This document shows, one piece after another, positions 17,883 to 27,660 of a stretch of 64,000 nt of DNA. A model generated the notes under the pieces. It saw nothing but the letters and a program-made list of their open reading frames with translations, searched no databases and was not told the origin of the DNA. This DNA is from Minisyncoccia bacterium. GTDB taxonomy: Bacteria; Patescibacteriota; Minisyncoccia; Moranbacterales; GCA-2747515. How positions within the stretch are numbered: the first letter of the stretch is position 1; every line of letters begins with the position of its first letter. Location of the stretch: positions 6,215 through 70,214 of the forward strand of contig JBGSQF010000004.1 in NCBI GenBank assembly GCA_041738235.1. Direction: 5' to 3'. The translations under genes were made by a program, and so were the position numbers.

Positions 17883-20120
17883 CTACTCATTTTTCATAAA
17901 CTTTTGAAGTACGCCTAACCCCCGTGCGATCTTTTTAATTCCCGCCTTCTGGAAAACGACCGTATAGAGTTCCGGGTTTTGACTCACAATAATCCCCCGC
18001 CCAAACACCTCATGCATCACCTTCTCCCCATCCGAAAAACTTTCATCCTTGCCTGACTTTCGGTCTTTGGTCTTCGGCTTTTGACTTGTGAGGTTATACC
18101 GTTTTACCATACGCCCTCCGTACGTTTCCGTTGAGTATTCCCGAAACTCGCCGTCGCTCTTTCTTTCAGCAAGCTGTTCCGGGATCTCATCCAAAAACCT
18201 CGATGGCGGATTGGCCTGAGTCGAACCAAACAAAAGTCGACGATTTGCGTGCACAAGATATAAAACCTTCTTTGCTCGCGTTACTCCCACATACATGAGT
18301 CTCCTCTCTTCTTCCAGCTCTGCGTAATTCATCACACTCCGTGAGTGAGGCAGTATTCCCTCCTCCAATCCTACAATAAAAACATAGGGGAACTCGAGTC
18401 CCTTAGCGCTATGCAATGTCATACAGTGCACAGCTTGCGCATCTTCCTCTATTTCATCGGTATCAGCAATAAGTGAAACATCTTCCAAAAACACCGGTAT
18501 AGCTTCTTCCAGCGGAAGATCATCGTATCGTTTTGCCACAGAAAAAAGCTCAGCAATGTTTTCCCGACGCGCCTTTGATTCAGAATCATCTTCTTTCTCA
18601 AGCATTCTCGCATATCCCGTCTTCCAATACACACGTTCAAGGAACGCGGAAAGTTTTTCATCCTCTTCTGTTGATCCAAGATCTTCCATTATCCGGCAAA
18701 ATTCACCGATCGCACGAACTTTAGAGCTTAGAATATGCGCCTCCCCTATACCCTCAGCGAGACCAGCAGACATACTATCCAGATCATTTTGAGATGCATA
18801 CGATCGCCACTTGGAAAGCGTCTGTTTTCCAATACCGCGCTTCGGTTCATTGACCACACGCCCCAGCGCCAACCAATCCCTCGGGTTATTACGAAGCCGA
18901 ACATACCCAATGATATCTTTTATCTCTTTACGATCGTAGAACCGTATACCTCCAACGATCCGATACGGAATATTTTCTCGCAAAAACCGCTCTTCCAAGG
19001 CGCGCGACTGTGCGTTGGTACGATAAAGTATGGCCATATCTGAGTAAGAAGCTTTTTCTTTTTTATGAAGTCGCTCGATCTCTCGTCCCACAAATCGGGC
19101 TTCACTAAGCTCATCAGATGCTTCATAAATGATAACTTTATTTCCCATTCCCTGGTCTGTCCAAAGTTTTTTCTCTTTACGATTTACATTATTAGCAATA
19201 ATGTGATCCGCTGCGTCAAGGATAGTTTGAGTAGAACGATAATTCTGTTCCAAATACACCACATGTGCATCCGGATAGTCCTTCTCAAACTCCAAAATAT
19301 TTCGAATATCCGCTCCGCGAAAGCGGTAGATCGACTGCGCGTCATCCCCCACCACACAAATATTTCGGTGTCCATTAGAAAGTTGCCGGATCAGTTGATA
19401 CTGCGCCTTGTTCGTATCTTGGTACTCGTCAACCATTATATACCGAAATGTTTTTTGGTACTCTTCCGCAATCGGAGGAATATCAGAAAAAAGCTTGACC
19501 GTATAGCGCAAAATATCATCAAAATCCAAAGCATTGTTTTCTACAAGTTTCTGTTGATACCTCTCATATGCCTTAGCCACCATCTCTTCAAAATACCCCT
19601 GTGCGGAATTCGTAAATGAGGCTTCATCAATAAGCTCGTTCTTTGCTCCCGATATCGCCGCCAAAAAACTTACCGGCTTAAACTGTTGCGGATCAAGATC
19701 AAGCTCTTTGATCACCTCCGTCATAATGGTTCTCTGCTCTGAAGTGTCAAATATCTGAAATCCCGCATCTCGCCCCAATTTATCGATATCTTTTCTAAGA
19801 ATTCGCACACACATGCTATGAAACGTTCCAACAAAAGGCAGATTACCAAATGACACTCCTCGATTTCCGTACCTCTGCCCTATTGATCCTCCTAGAAGCT
19901 GACCGATACGCTCCTTCATCTCTCCCGCTGCCTTATTGGTGAATGTCACCGCCAACACCTGCCCTGGCGACACTCCCTTCTCCCGGATCAAATAGGCTAC
20001 ACGATGGGTCAATGTTTTCGTCTTTCCCGATCCAGCCCCGGCCAGTATTAAAAGTGGCCCGTCGGTCCTTTCCACAGCCTCTCTTTGTTTATCATTAAGT
20101 GATGCCAAAATACCGGACAT
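17883..20120 (-). CDS. pcrA: PcrA/UvrD DNA helicase
   Basis: AGAGSGKT, VDEYQDTN, GDDAQSIYRFRGA, TLHSAKGLEF, EERRLMYVGVTRA. Confidence 0.96.
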   Translation of the reverse strand: MSGILASLNDKQREAVERTDGPLLILAGAGSGKTKTLTHRVAYLIREKGVSPGQVLAVTFTNKAAGEMKERIGQLLGGSIGQRYGNRGVSFGNLPFVGTFHSMCVRILRKDIDKLGRDAGFQIFDTSEQRTIMTEVIKELDLDPQQFKPVSFLAAISGAKNELIDEASFTNSAQGYFEEMVAKAYERYQQKLVENNALDFDDILRYTVKLFSDIPPIAEEYQKTFRYIMVDEYQDTNKAQYQLIRQLSNGHRNICVVGDDAQSIYRFRGADIRNILEFEKDYPDAHVVYLEQNYRSTQTILDAADHIIANNVNRKEKKLWTDQGMGNKVIIYEASDELSEARFVGREIERLHKKEKASYSDMAILYRTNAQSRALEERFLRENIPYRIVGGIRFYDRKEIKDIIGYVRLRNNPRDWLALGRVVNEPKRGIGKQTLSKWRSYASQNDLDSMSAGLAEGIGEAHILSSKVRAIGEFCRIMEDLGSTEEDEKLSAFLERVYWKTGYARMLEKEDDSESKARRENIAELFSVAKRYDDLPLEEAIPVFLEDVSLIADTDEIEEDAQAVHCMTLHSAKGLEFPYVFIVGLEEGILPHSRSVMNYAELEEERRLMYVGVTRAKKVLYLVHANRRLLFGSTQANPPSRFLDEIPEQLAERKSDGEFREYSTETYGGRMVKRYNLTSQKPKTKDRKSGKDESFSDGEKVMHEVFGRGIIVSQNPELYTVVFQKAGIKKIARGLGVLQKFMKNE

Positions 20121-20360
20121 TGTTCTAGAGATATAAGATAAAATCAACTATTTCCTAAGTCCCGTCATTATAACATACCCGGCATAAAAGACCTTAAACC
20201 TTTCCTCAACTCCATGTGTTGTGTAGGTCGTATTCACACAACACCTGATCATTTGTCCTTGCGTGAAGCGCACCAAGAAAACCCGGCACATATACTACTT
20301 ACTGTCAATATCGACGATTCCCTCCATTTAGGAGATAATGAAGCAACATCCTTTCAATAC

Positions 20361-22019
20361 ATGTATATGAAGCTACTAAACGTGCTGGTCTCCAAATTCA
20401 TCCACACCCTTGAATCCTCTCCAACTGCCTTTCCGCTCTGGATAGGGACCTTTCTGACACTCATATTTACACGCCTCCTCATTGAGAGCTGGCTCGGAAA
20501 CTTTAGCAACCATTCTCCCTCTTTCCTCTTTGCGGAATTCACTCACACATTTCTTTTTTTTCTTCTTTCCTACATTCTCTTTCTTTGGCTTCTTTCCGCA
20601 GCAATAAAAACCAGCCTTCCAAAGATCACCAATGTCCTCCTTGTAGGATTTTTGATCATTCTCACACCACCCCTGATCGACCACGTCATTTCCCATGGAG
20701 CCGGATTTTGGAGTTTCTATAAATTCGATGGTCTCCATGGCCTTTGGACCCGATTTATCACCTTCTTTGGGGATGCTCCAAATATTGGTATTACCTATGG
20801 CGTTCGCGTAGAAGTGGCCCTTTCTCTCATTTTTTTCTTTTCCTATATATTAGTTAAAACCAAAAAACTCTTCAGATCCCTTCTTTGGACACTTCTTGCC
20901 TATATCTTCTTTTTTATTCTTGGAACATTTCCTTCTTGGGTCACGCTTATCGTACGAGGATTTTCAGAGGGATTTCTCTCAATATCAGCAACCAATGTCG
21001 CACAGTTATTTCTCACTCCTGAAAAGATTCTTTCCCAAACACCAGGAGATCTTGTGAGCATTCTGAACGTAAAGATGAGTCTCATTTACGCTCTCGTCAT
21101 CTCCGTTGGGGTGCCCGTCCTTAGCATCTACCTGTACCCCAAAAAAGCATTTGCCCTCATAAAAAATATGCGCCTCCCCCAATCGATCTACCACGGAGGA
21201 CTCATCCTTGTTGGCGCAGGCCTGAGCATCCTTTTCGCAGAAAAACCCATCAATTTCTCCTTCTTTGATATTATTGCATTTTTTCTTCTGATCATTGCAG
21301 TTCAATACGCTTGGTTTGCCTCTGTTATTATTAATGATCTTTTTGACAGAAAAATAGATGCGATTACCAACACCGAAAGACCGCTTATTCGAAACATTTT
21401 CTCCGAATATGAATACAAGATCCTCGGGTGGATCTTCTTCTTCGCATCCCTCCTTCTCAGTGGAGTTGCTCTTCTCATCGCCCCAGTCTTTCTTCTCTGC
21501 TACCAGGCACTTGCATGGATCTACAGCGCGTGGCCACTGCGCCTGAAACGCGTTCCGATCATAGCCACCTTCATAAGCGCCGTAGCCTCGATCCTCCTTT
21601 TCTTCCTCGGATATATCACTCTATCTCCTACAGGGACACTTGCACACCTCCCTGGAAATATCATCACTCTTCTTCTTGTCTCCTACACACTCTCTCTCCC
21701 CATAAAGGACTTTAAAGATATCGCGGGGGATAAAAAAGATGGCATTTACACACTTCCTGTCCTATTCGGAGAAACAAAAGGACGACTCATCGTCGCCTCG
21801 GGGATATTTTTTTCCTTTATTCTAAGCATCTGGGCGCTCAACGACGCCTCGCTTACCTTCTGGGCCATTCTCTTTGGAGGACTCTCCTTTTGGACCGTCG
21901 CCACCTCCCACCAATGGAAACGTTTTAAACTCTCTCCTCGCCACCTCCCGCTTGTACTCCTCTTCTTTGTGACCCTCTACGGACTCGTTATCGCTTCAAA
22001 ACTACTGACTTCTCTCTAG
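20361..22019 (+). CDS. UbiA-family prenyltransferase fused to an N-terminal multi-pass membrane domain
   Basis: NDLFDRKIDAITNTERP, YSAWPLRLKR, KDFKDIAGD motifs in the C-terminal half; start uncertain. Confidence 0.8.
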   Translation: MYMKLLNVLVSKFIHTLESSPTAFPLWIGTFLTLIFTRLLIESWLGNFSNHSPSFLFAEFTHTFLFFLLSYILFLWLLSAAIKTSLPKITNVLLVGFLIILTPPLIDHVISHGAGFWSFYKFDGLHGLWTRFITFFGDAPNIGITYGVRVEVALSLIFFFSYILVKTKKLFRSLLWTLLAYIFFFILGTFPSWVTLIVRGFSEGFLSISATNVAQLFLTPEKILSQTPGDLVSILNVKMSLIYALVISVGVPVLSIYLYPKKAFALIKNMRLPQSIYHGGLILVGAGLSILFAEKPINFSFFDIIAFFLLIIAVQYAWFASVIINDLFDRKIDAITNTERPLIRNIFSEYEYKILGWIFFFASLLLSGVALLIAPVFLLCYQALAWIYSAWPLRLKRVPIIATFISAVASILLFFLGYITLSPTGTLAHLPGNIITLLLVSYTLSLPIKDFKDIAGDKKDGIYTLPVLFGETKGRLIVASGIFFSFILSIWALNDASLTFWAILFGGLSFWTVATSHQWKRFKLSPRHLPLVLLFFVTLYGLVIASKLLTSL

Positions 22020-22811
22020 ACACATTACCAGCTTCTTCCACCCCTCGATGCTCAGATCCTGAGCTCGCGCTTTGGTCGATACACCCGCATCCTCCAACAG
22101 CTCTGATACAAGAATTTTTTCCAAATGCAATCCATTTGCCAAGTTATTTTCGAGCGTTTTTCTTCTTGCCGAAAATCCGATCTTGACCATCCTAAAGAAC
22201 TTTCTCGTTTCTTCTCCGTCCCCTGTGAACTGTCCTTTATTATTGGTCACTATCCTTATAAAAGCGCTTTCTACTTTCGGTATCGGATCAAACGATTCTT
22301 TTGGGACAACAAATAACATCTCGGGATCTGCATAATACTGTACCGCGACCGACAAAACACTCATCTTCCCCACCCCGGCGCAGATCCTTTCTCCCACCTC
22401 CTTTTGCACCATAAAAAACATCTCACTCGGTGCACACTCACTTTCCAAAAACTTCCGCACGATCGCCGACGTAATATAGTATGGTAAATTCCCTACGATC
22501 CGATAGCTCGAACCTTGCAACTCGCAACTTTTGAATACTTCTTTCATATTTACCTGAAGCACATCTTGATGCACAATACTCACATTCGGATAGTGCCGAA
22601 ACCTCTCCTCTAAAACAGGGATAAGCCGATCATCCAGTTCGATCGCCACCACCCGCGCACCCCTTTCGGCCAACCGCTCCGTCAGCACGCCTTCCCCTGG
22701 GCCCACCTCCACGATCACCTCGCCTTCCCGCGCTGAAATATCGGAAATAATCTTTTCCACCACGCCTTCATCCCGCAAAAAGTTCTGTCCCAACGATTTC
22801 TTCGGTTGCAT
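22002..22811 (-). CDS. rsmA: 16S rRNA m6,2A dimethyltransferase
   Basis: KKSLGQNFL, EVGPGEG, GNLPYYITS, MVQKEV, RRKTL. Confidence 0.96.
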   Translation of the reverse strand: MQPKKSLGQNFLRDEGVVEKIISDISAREGEVIVEVGPGEGVLTERLAERGARVVAIELDDRLIPVLEERFRHYPNVSIVHQDVLQVNMKEVFKSCELQGSSYRIVGNLPYYITSAIVRKFLESECAPSEMFFMVQKEVGERICAGVGKMSVLSVAVQYYADPEMLFVVPKESFDPIPKVESAFIRIVTNNKGQFTGDGEETRKFFRMVKIGFSARRKTLENNLANGLHLEKILVSELLEDAGVSTKARAQDLSIEGWKKLVMCLERSQ

Positions 22812-22914
22812 AAAATTTTTTTCAGAAAAAAAATTAAACATATCCGTCATATAGACCGTATGCACTTCCAAGAGCAAACACGGGGATGGGGAAACCCCCC
22901 ACAAAAAAGCGTTC

Positions 22915-23385
22915 TCACTTCTCCCTCGGTGGCCTCACCCTCTTCCCCAACTTCCCGATTCTCAACCGATCAATCTCTTGTAAAACTTTTTCCCCAAACA
23001 TTTCAATCCTTGCGCGATTCTCTCCGGACATCCCAGAAAATATTTCCGCCATCGTTTTGCCAAAGTCATTTTTAGTTCTCTGGTTGATCTCCTTCCAAGC
23101 AATGCCTTTGAGCGATTGTGCCACCAGCTCATCATACAGTAATACACCACTTACCATGAGAAAAGCAATTGCGGGATACCCAAGATATCCCACCCAGTAC
23201 GATCCGTTATCATTCGCCATAATGGCATTCACGTCACGATTATACGACACGTCGTACCATTTTGATCCATCTGAGGACATAACACGCGCACTCCTTTTAT
23301 TCGTCATATTCACTCGTCCATCAGCCACGGCCCCGAGAGCTTCATAGACCTTAATGCTAGGTGGGGTCTTCCAATACTCCATCAT
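22915..23385 (-). CDS. Hypothetical protein
   Basis: 156-aa ORF with AGGAGG SD; KVYEALGA, NDNGSYW…LGYPAIA. Confidence 0.8.
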   Translation of the reverse strand: MMEYWKTPPSIKVYEALGAVADGRVNMTNKRSARVMSSDGSKWYDVSYNRDVNAIMANDNGSYWVGYLGYPAIAFLMVSGVLLYDELVAQSLKGIAWKEINQRTKNDFGKTMAEIFSGMSGENRARIEMFGEKVLQEIDRLRIGKLGKRVRPPREK

Positions 23386-23529
23386 ACCTCCTTATTTAAT
23401 GAAAATATTTCGAAAATACCGTAAAAAATGGCCATACCTCTTACCCACAGCATATCAAAATTTGTACAATACACAAATTTTTGTTACCCTATTGACAGAT
23501 TAACTACGCTAATCCTAATCTAAAAATAT

Positions 23530-23910
23530 ATGTGGTCACCAGAGATGAACACAAGCAGCGCTCAAAAAAGAAATACACCCCTAAACAAAGAAGCACAAAA
23601 AGAACACATACTCAGGCAAATGAGAAGTGAGTTAAGTGACATTCTCATCGGTAGCCACATCATTGGCGGAATACGTGAAGATGTTTATGATGAACCCAGC
23701 AATTTAGAAGAGACACTGTCCCAGGTTCAAGATCTGATCGACACTTCGGAAACGTTGCCGAGAAAGGAGTTTGCCAAAAAGCTAGCACAAATAAACGTAG
23801 TCTTTGATACTTACCAAGACTTACAAGACTTTAGACCACTTCACGAAGAGCAAGAGCCTCTTTACACGTTCGTCGACACAGAAAAAATAGAAAGTTTGAT
23901 GTACGAATAG
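23530..23910 (+). CDS. Hypothetical helical protein
   Basis: 126-aa ORF filling the gap between divergent and convergent genes. Confidence 0.6.
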   Translation: MWSPEMNTSSAQKRNTPLNKEAQKEHILRQMRSELSDILIGSHIIGGIREDVYDEPSNLEETLSQVQDLIDTSETLPRKEFAKKLAQINVVFDTYQDLQDFRPLHEEQEPLYTFVDTEKIESLMYE

Positions 23911-23931
23911 AAGAGAATTCCTTCTTCGTGC

Positions 23932-24534
23932 TTACTTTCTCATGATCATCTCCACCAATTCTAGAAACTCTTCCGCCTGGAAGTGTCCCTCAACATTTTC
24001 GATAACGTTGAACTGGGCGTTGGGGAGTTTCCGCATATACTTATAGCAGTGTTCGATCGGCACCACATCATCGTGAGGTGAAAAAAAGAAGTTTACATCA
24101 CCACAGTTCTTCTCGACCATTGAGAGATCTCCTCGCAATGCAAATCCATTCACCAAATCCTCGTCCGGCAAAGAATTATCAAAAGGCGCCGCCACGAGAT
24201 ATACTGACCGGATCCGCACCGGAAATTTTTTCTTTGCCAAATACTTCACCAAAAATACCCCTCCTAGTGACTTACCCATTAACACCACTCCATCACACAA
24301 AAATGGCAGATAGCGCTCGAAATGAATTTCCCACTCTTTATACTGCGCATTGTCCGCCAAAGGCATTCTCGGACGAATGATTTCGAATCGCTTCCCTAAC
24401 TGCTCGTCCAAGTATCCCTCACTCCACTTTACTCTTCGTTCTAAAGAAATCTCTCGAATTTTGAGCCATTTCATATACTCCCCCTTCGACCGAAACGTCA
24501 TCCCCCCGTGAATACTCACCAACTGTGGTCTCAT
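23932..24534 (-). CDS. Alpha/beta hydrolase, RBBP9/YdeN-like
   Basis: IHGG, GKSLGG nucleophile elbow, DDVVP, GHF; start uncertain. Confidence 0.8.
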   Translation of the reverse strand: MRPQLVSIHGGMTFRSKGEYMKWLKIREISLERRVKWSEGYLDEQLGKRFEIIRPRMPLADNAQYKEWEIHFERYLPFLCDGVVLMGKSLGGVFLVKYLAKKKFPVRIRSVYLVAAPFDNSLPDEDLVNGFALRGDLSMVEKNCGDVNFFFSPHDDVVPIEHCYKYMRKLPNAQFNVIENVEGHFQAEEFLELVEMIMRK

Positions 24535-24669
24535 AAAAAAGCGATTTAGCATCTTAATAACTCCTCTACCCTCAAATTTCTCTTTGTTATTCCTCGCCAC
24601 AATACAAGCAGAAGTCCAGACTTTTCTTAAGTGTGCCCCACCCCACCTTCACGAAGATGGCCCCACTGA

Positions 24670-25629
24670 TCAATTTAACACCGGCTCCACAACAACATCA
24701 ATCACTCCTGCACCGATCGATGCGATCTTCGTGAACGCCACTTTATCCAGATCAATAATACGGTTCTTCCCAAAAGGTCCGCGATCGTTGATTTTGACAA
24801 TCACCGACTTGCCATTTCCTACATTCGTTACCTTGGCATAGCTTCCCATTGGAAGCCACGGACTTGCCGCCGCGAGTGTTCCTGTATAGGCGTACCACGT
24901 CCCCTGTCCGGTGTTCTTCTTTCCCAACTTCACATAGGTTCCTTGGATCACCTCCTCCGTTACAGGATCCTTTGTTATCTCGTTTGAGATCAGTATTTTT
25001 TTGACCATCTCCCCGTTGTGTGACACCACCTTGTATCGCTTCTCTCGCATCCCATTCTCCCCTTTCTGTGTTACCTTCTTTTCCCGCCAACCCATCTTGC
25101 CATCTTCCGTTACTTTTGTGGCAAAAGCAACAACCTCCTCTTCTGTGGTTTCCGTCACTACCACACGCACTACTGAAACCTCCAAGTTATCCTCAAGTAG
25201 AGTCTCAGCTGACGGCAAGATAAAATCATCCGCAGCCAATTCAACCCCTTGATCAATAACCGCATCCAGTGCAAATCCACGGGTGGTCTCGATCTCCCGC
25301 GCCTTTTCTTCGCCAACCGAAAGAAGAATCTTTTTAGTGCGCGCAATAGCAACCGTTTCACCCCCAAACAATTTTTGATCCATTGGAACGCTTATGTCAT
25401 CTGTACGCTCTCGAAGAAGTTGTTTTTCCTTCAAAAATTCACCTACCGTTTTTTTGCCGGAGAAAGTATGCCGCACAAGTAATCCATCGTCATCTACCCA
25501 CACAGAACGAAGGACCTCCTGATCATATCCCAACTCCCGCTTTTCTCCCCGAATCAAAAACATTCCCCCAAAGAATACTATAAGGAGAAGTGCAAAAAAG
25601 ACGATACTTTTTCTCCCCTTATTTCTCAT
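24670..25629 (-). CDS. Membrane-anchored DUF348/G5-domain protein with C-terminal RlpA-like double-psi beta-barrel (lytic transglycosylase)
   Basis: TM helix; G5 (KVTQKGENG…EEVIQGT); GKSVIVKINDRGPF…RIIDL. Confidence 0.85.
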   Translation of the reverse strand: MRNKGRKSIVFFALLLIVFFGGMFLIRGEKRELGYDQEVLRSVWVDDDGLLVRHTFSGKKTVGEFLKEKQLLRERTDDISVPMDQKLFGGETVAIARTKKILLSVGEEKAREIETTRGFALDAVIDQGVELAADDFILPSAETLLEDNLEVSVVRVVVTETTEEEVVAFATKVTEDGKMGWREKKVTQKGENGMREKRYKVVSHNGEMVKKILISNEITKDPVTEEVIQGTYVKLGKKNTGQGTWYAYTGTLAAASPWLPMGSYAKVTNVGNGKSVIVKINDRGPFGKNRIIDLDKVAFTKIASIGAGVIDVVVEPVLN

Positions 25630-26731
25630 ATCGTGTACGAATCGAATCCTTCTGCTTTTTACGCTGGACAGCCTCTCGCAATAACAAATCGACTAGTCGA
25701 GACCCCGTTATACCCTCCTGTGCCCAGAGCTTTGGATACATACTGATATCAGTAAATCCTGGAATAGTATTTATCTCATTGACATATATACGACCACGCA
25801 TCGTAACAAAAAGATCTACCCGAGCCATCCCTTCACATTCTAAAGCCCGATAGGTTGCTAAGGCGATCTCCCGAACACGCTTTTTGACCGACGGCGCCAA
25901 TTTTGCCGGCATGACGATCTCTGCACCCAACTCATCTAAATACTTCGCCTCATAAGAATAAAATGTATGTCCATTTCCCACCAAAACCTCGCCAGGAACC
26001 GATACCTGGGCTTCATGTACGCCCCCCATCACAGCACACTCGATCTCACGCCCAACCACCATCTCCTCAATAAGAATTTTGTCGTCATACAAAAATGCCG
26101 TTCGGATAGCGAAAAAGAACTCCCGCTCTGTACATATCTTTCGAACTCCCACTGAAGAGCCACATCGAGCAGGTTTTACAAAAAATGGGAGACCAAAACG
26201 CTTTTTATATTCTCGAAACACGTTTTTTTGAGAATCTCCTCGACACATCACTCCGTAAGGGGACGTCTCTATATGCGCCTCCTTGAGCACTCGCTTGGCC
26301 ATCTCTTTATCCATACCTAGAGCACTCGCCAGTACTCCCGGTCCTACGTATGCCACATCCATCATCTCAAGAAGTCCTTGGATCGATCCATCCTCACCAT
26401 ATTTCCCATGAAGAACAGGGAAGACCACGTCAGCTCGAGCCAACACCCTTCCCGTTGTTATATCTATTACACGCATGCCCTTGCCCTCGTTGGGAGCACA
26501 CATAACCTCGGTAAACTTGTTTTTACCCTTACTGAGCTCCCCTCCCTCTACCACATCATCAAATTCTTTCTTAGAAAGCAAAAACCATCCACCACACGCA
26601 TCGATCACCACGATCACCACTTTATACTTTTTTTCCGAAATTGCCCCAACAACATTCCTCGCCGAAAGCAAAGAAACGCTATGTTCCGTCGATCTTCCCC
26701 CACACACCACCAGAATTGTTTTTGTATTCAT
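25619..26731 (-). CDS. ddl: D-alanine--D-alanine ligase
   Basis: GGRSTEHSVS, LHGKYGEDGSIQG, GSSVG, NEINTIPGFT..SMYP. Confidence 0.96.
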   Translation of the reverse strand: MNTKTILVVCGGRSTEHSVSLLSARNVVGAISEKKYKVVIVVIDACGGWFLLSKKEFDDVVEGGELSKGKNKFTEVMCAPNEGKGMRVIDITTGRVLARADVVFPVLHGKYGEDGSIQGLLEMMDVAYVGPGVLASALGMDKEMAKRVLKEAHIETSPYGVMCRGDSQKNVFREYKKRFGLPFFVKPARCGSSVGVRKICTEREFFFAIRTAFLYDDKILIEEMVVGREIECAVMGGVHEAQVSVPGEVLVGNGHTFYSYEAKYLDELGAEIVMPAKLAPSVKKRVREIALATYRALECEGMARVDLFVTMRGRIYVNEINTIPGFTDISMYPKLWAQEGITGSRLVDLLLREAVQRKKQKDSIRTRYEK

Positions 26732-26818
26732 ATAAAAGTGTTATCTTTTTCAAAATAACCTTACCATATTTAAAAGAAAATACCAACCACTCCAAGACAA
26801 CCCCTCTTTAGCTTATCT

Positions 26819-27556
26819 TTACTTCAGTTTTGAATCTTTCCAAGCCACTTGATACACTGGTTTATCCTTATAATCAAGAAAAATAGGCCTAACTCTCCCC
26901 TCATCATCCTTGACTATTACAAATTCATAATACCCAGGAAGAAATAGCATATCTCTTTCCTGTCCTTCATGTGGTACAGAAAGTAATGTCTGATACATTA
27001 CCCTTCTCAGACCCTCATCCTCGAAAGAATAGCGAAATGATCCCGTATGTTCATCTTGTCCTATGAAAAATTCTGGGGTTGTTGATCCATTCGCGATCTC
27101 ACTTGGTGATCCGGTCTTAAACTCTACATAGATTTGATTCTTTTCTGAGCCAATAATAATATTTCCACCAAAAAGATTTTCAAAATACTCTTGTATTATA
27201 AGATTATACTGATGAAATTTTTCAGCATCAATGTTTTTCTTTACAAAATCAACTACTTCTTCCCTTCCTATGCCCCACCTACTAAGCCTCCTCTCGTCTT
27301 TTTGTATTGGAATAAGTGTTATAAAATATTTTTTTCTCTCCAAATCCTTAAAATATTGCTCCTTGTTCACAAAGAAATCGGCGAGATTTACTTCTTGTCG
27401 AACATATCGGGGCAATCCCAACCTTTCAACCTCGCGAAATCCTTGTGCCCTATTTTCATCAAGAAACTCAGCTGAATCGGGCTGAACTCTATTCATTTCC
27501 CTGGCCCAATCATCAATATGTTCTCCCACCCCCTCTTGTCTAGGTCCTTTATTCAT
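26819..27556 (-). CDS. Hypothetical protein (AT-rich gene)
   Basis: 245-aa ORF; no family recognised with confidence. Confidence 0.7.
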   Translation of the reverse strand: MNKGPRQEGVGEHIDDWAREMNRVQPDSAEFLDENRAQGFREVERLGLPRYVRQEVNLADFFVNKEQYFKDLERKKYFITLIPIQKDERRLSRWGIGREEVVDFVKKNIDAEKFHQYNLIIQEYFENLFGGNIIIGSEKNQIYVEFKTGSPSEIANGSTTPEFFIGQDEHTGSFRYSFEDEGLRRVMYQTLLSVPHEGQERDMLFLPGYYEFVIVKDDEGRVRPIFLDYKDKPVYQVAWKDSKLK

Positions 27557-27660
27557 AGAAATAATCACTCAGTCAAGTAATTAATCTGATATTTCATTAT
27601 AGCCACTCATCAGTCATACGTAAAACTAAAGATACGTCCCTCCTGATAAAAAAACACACA

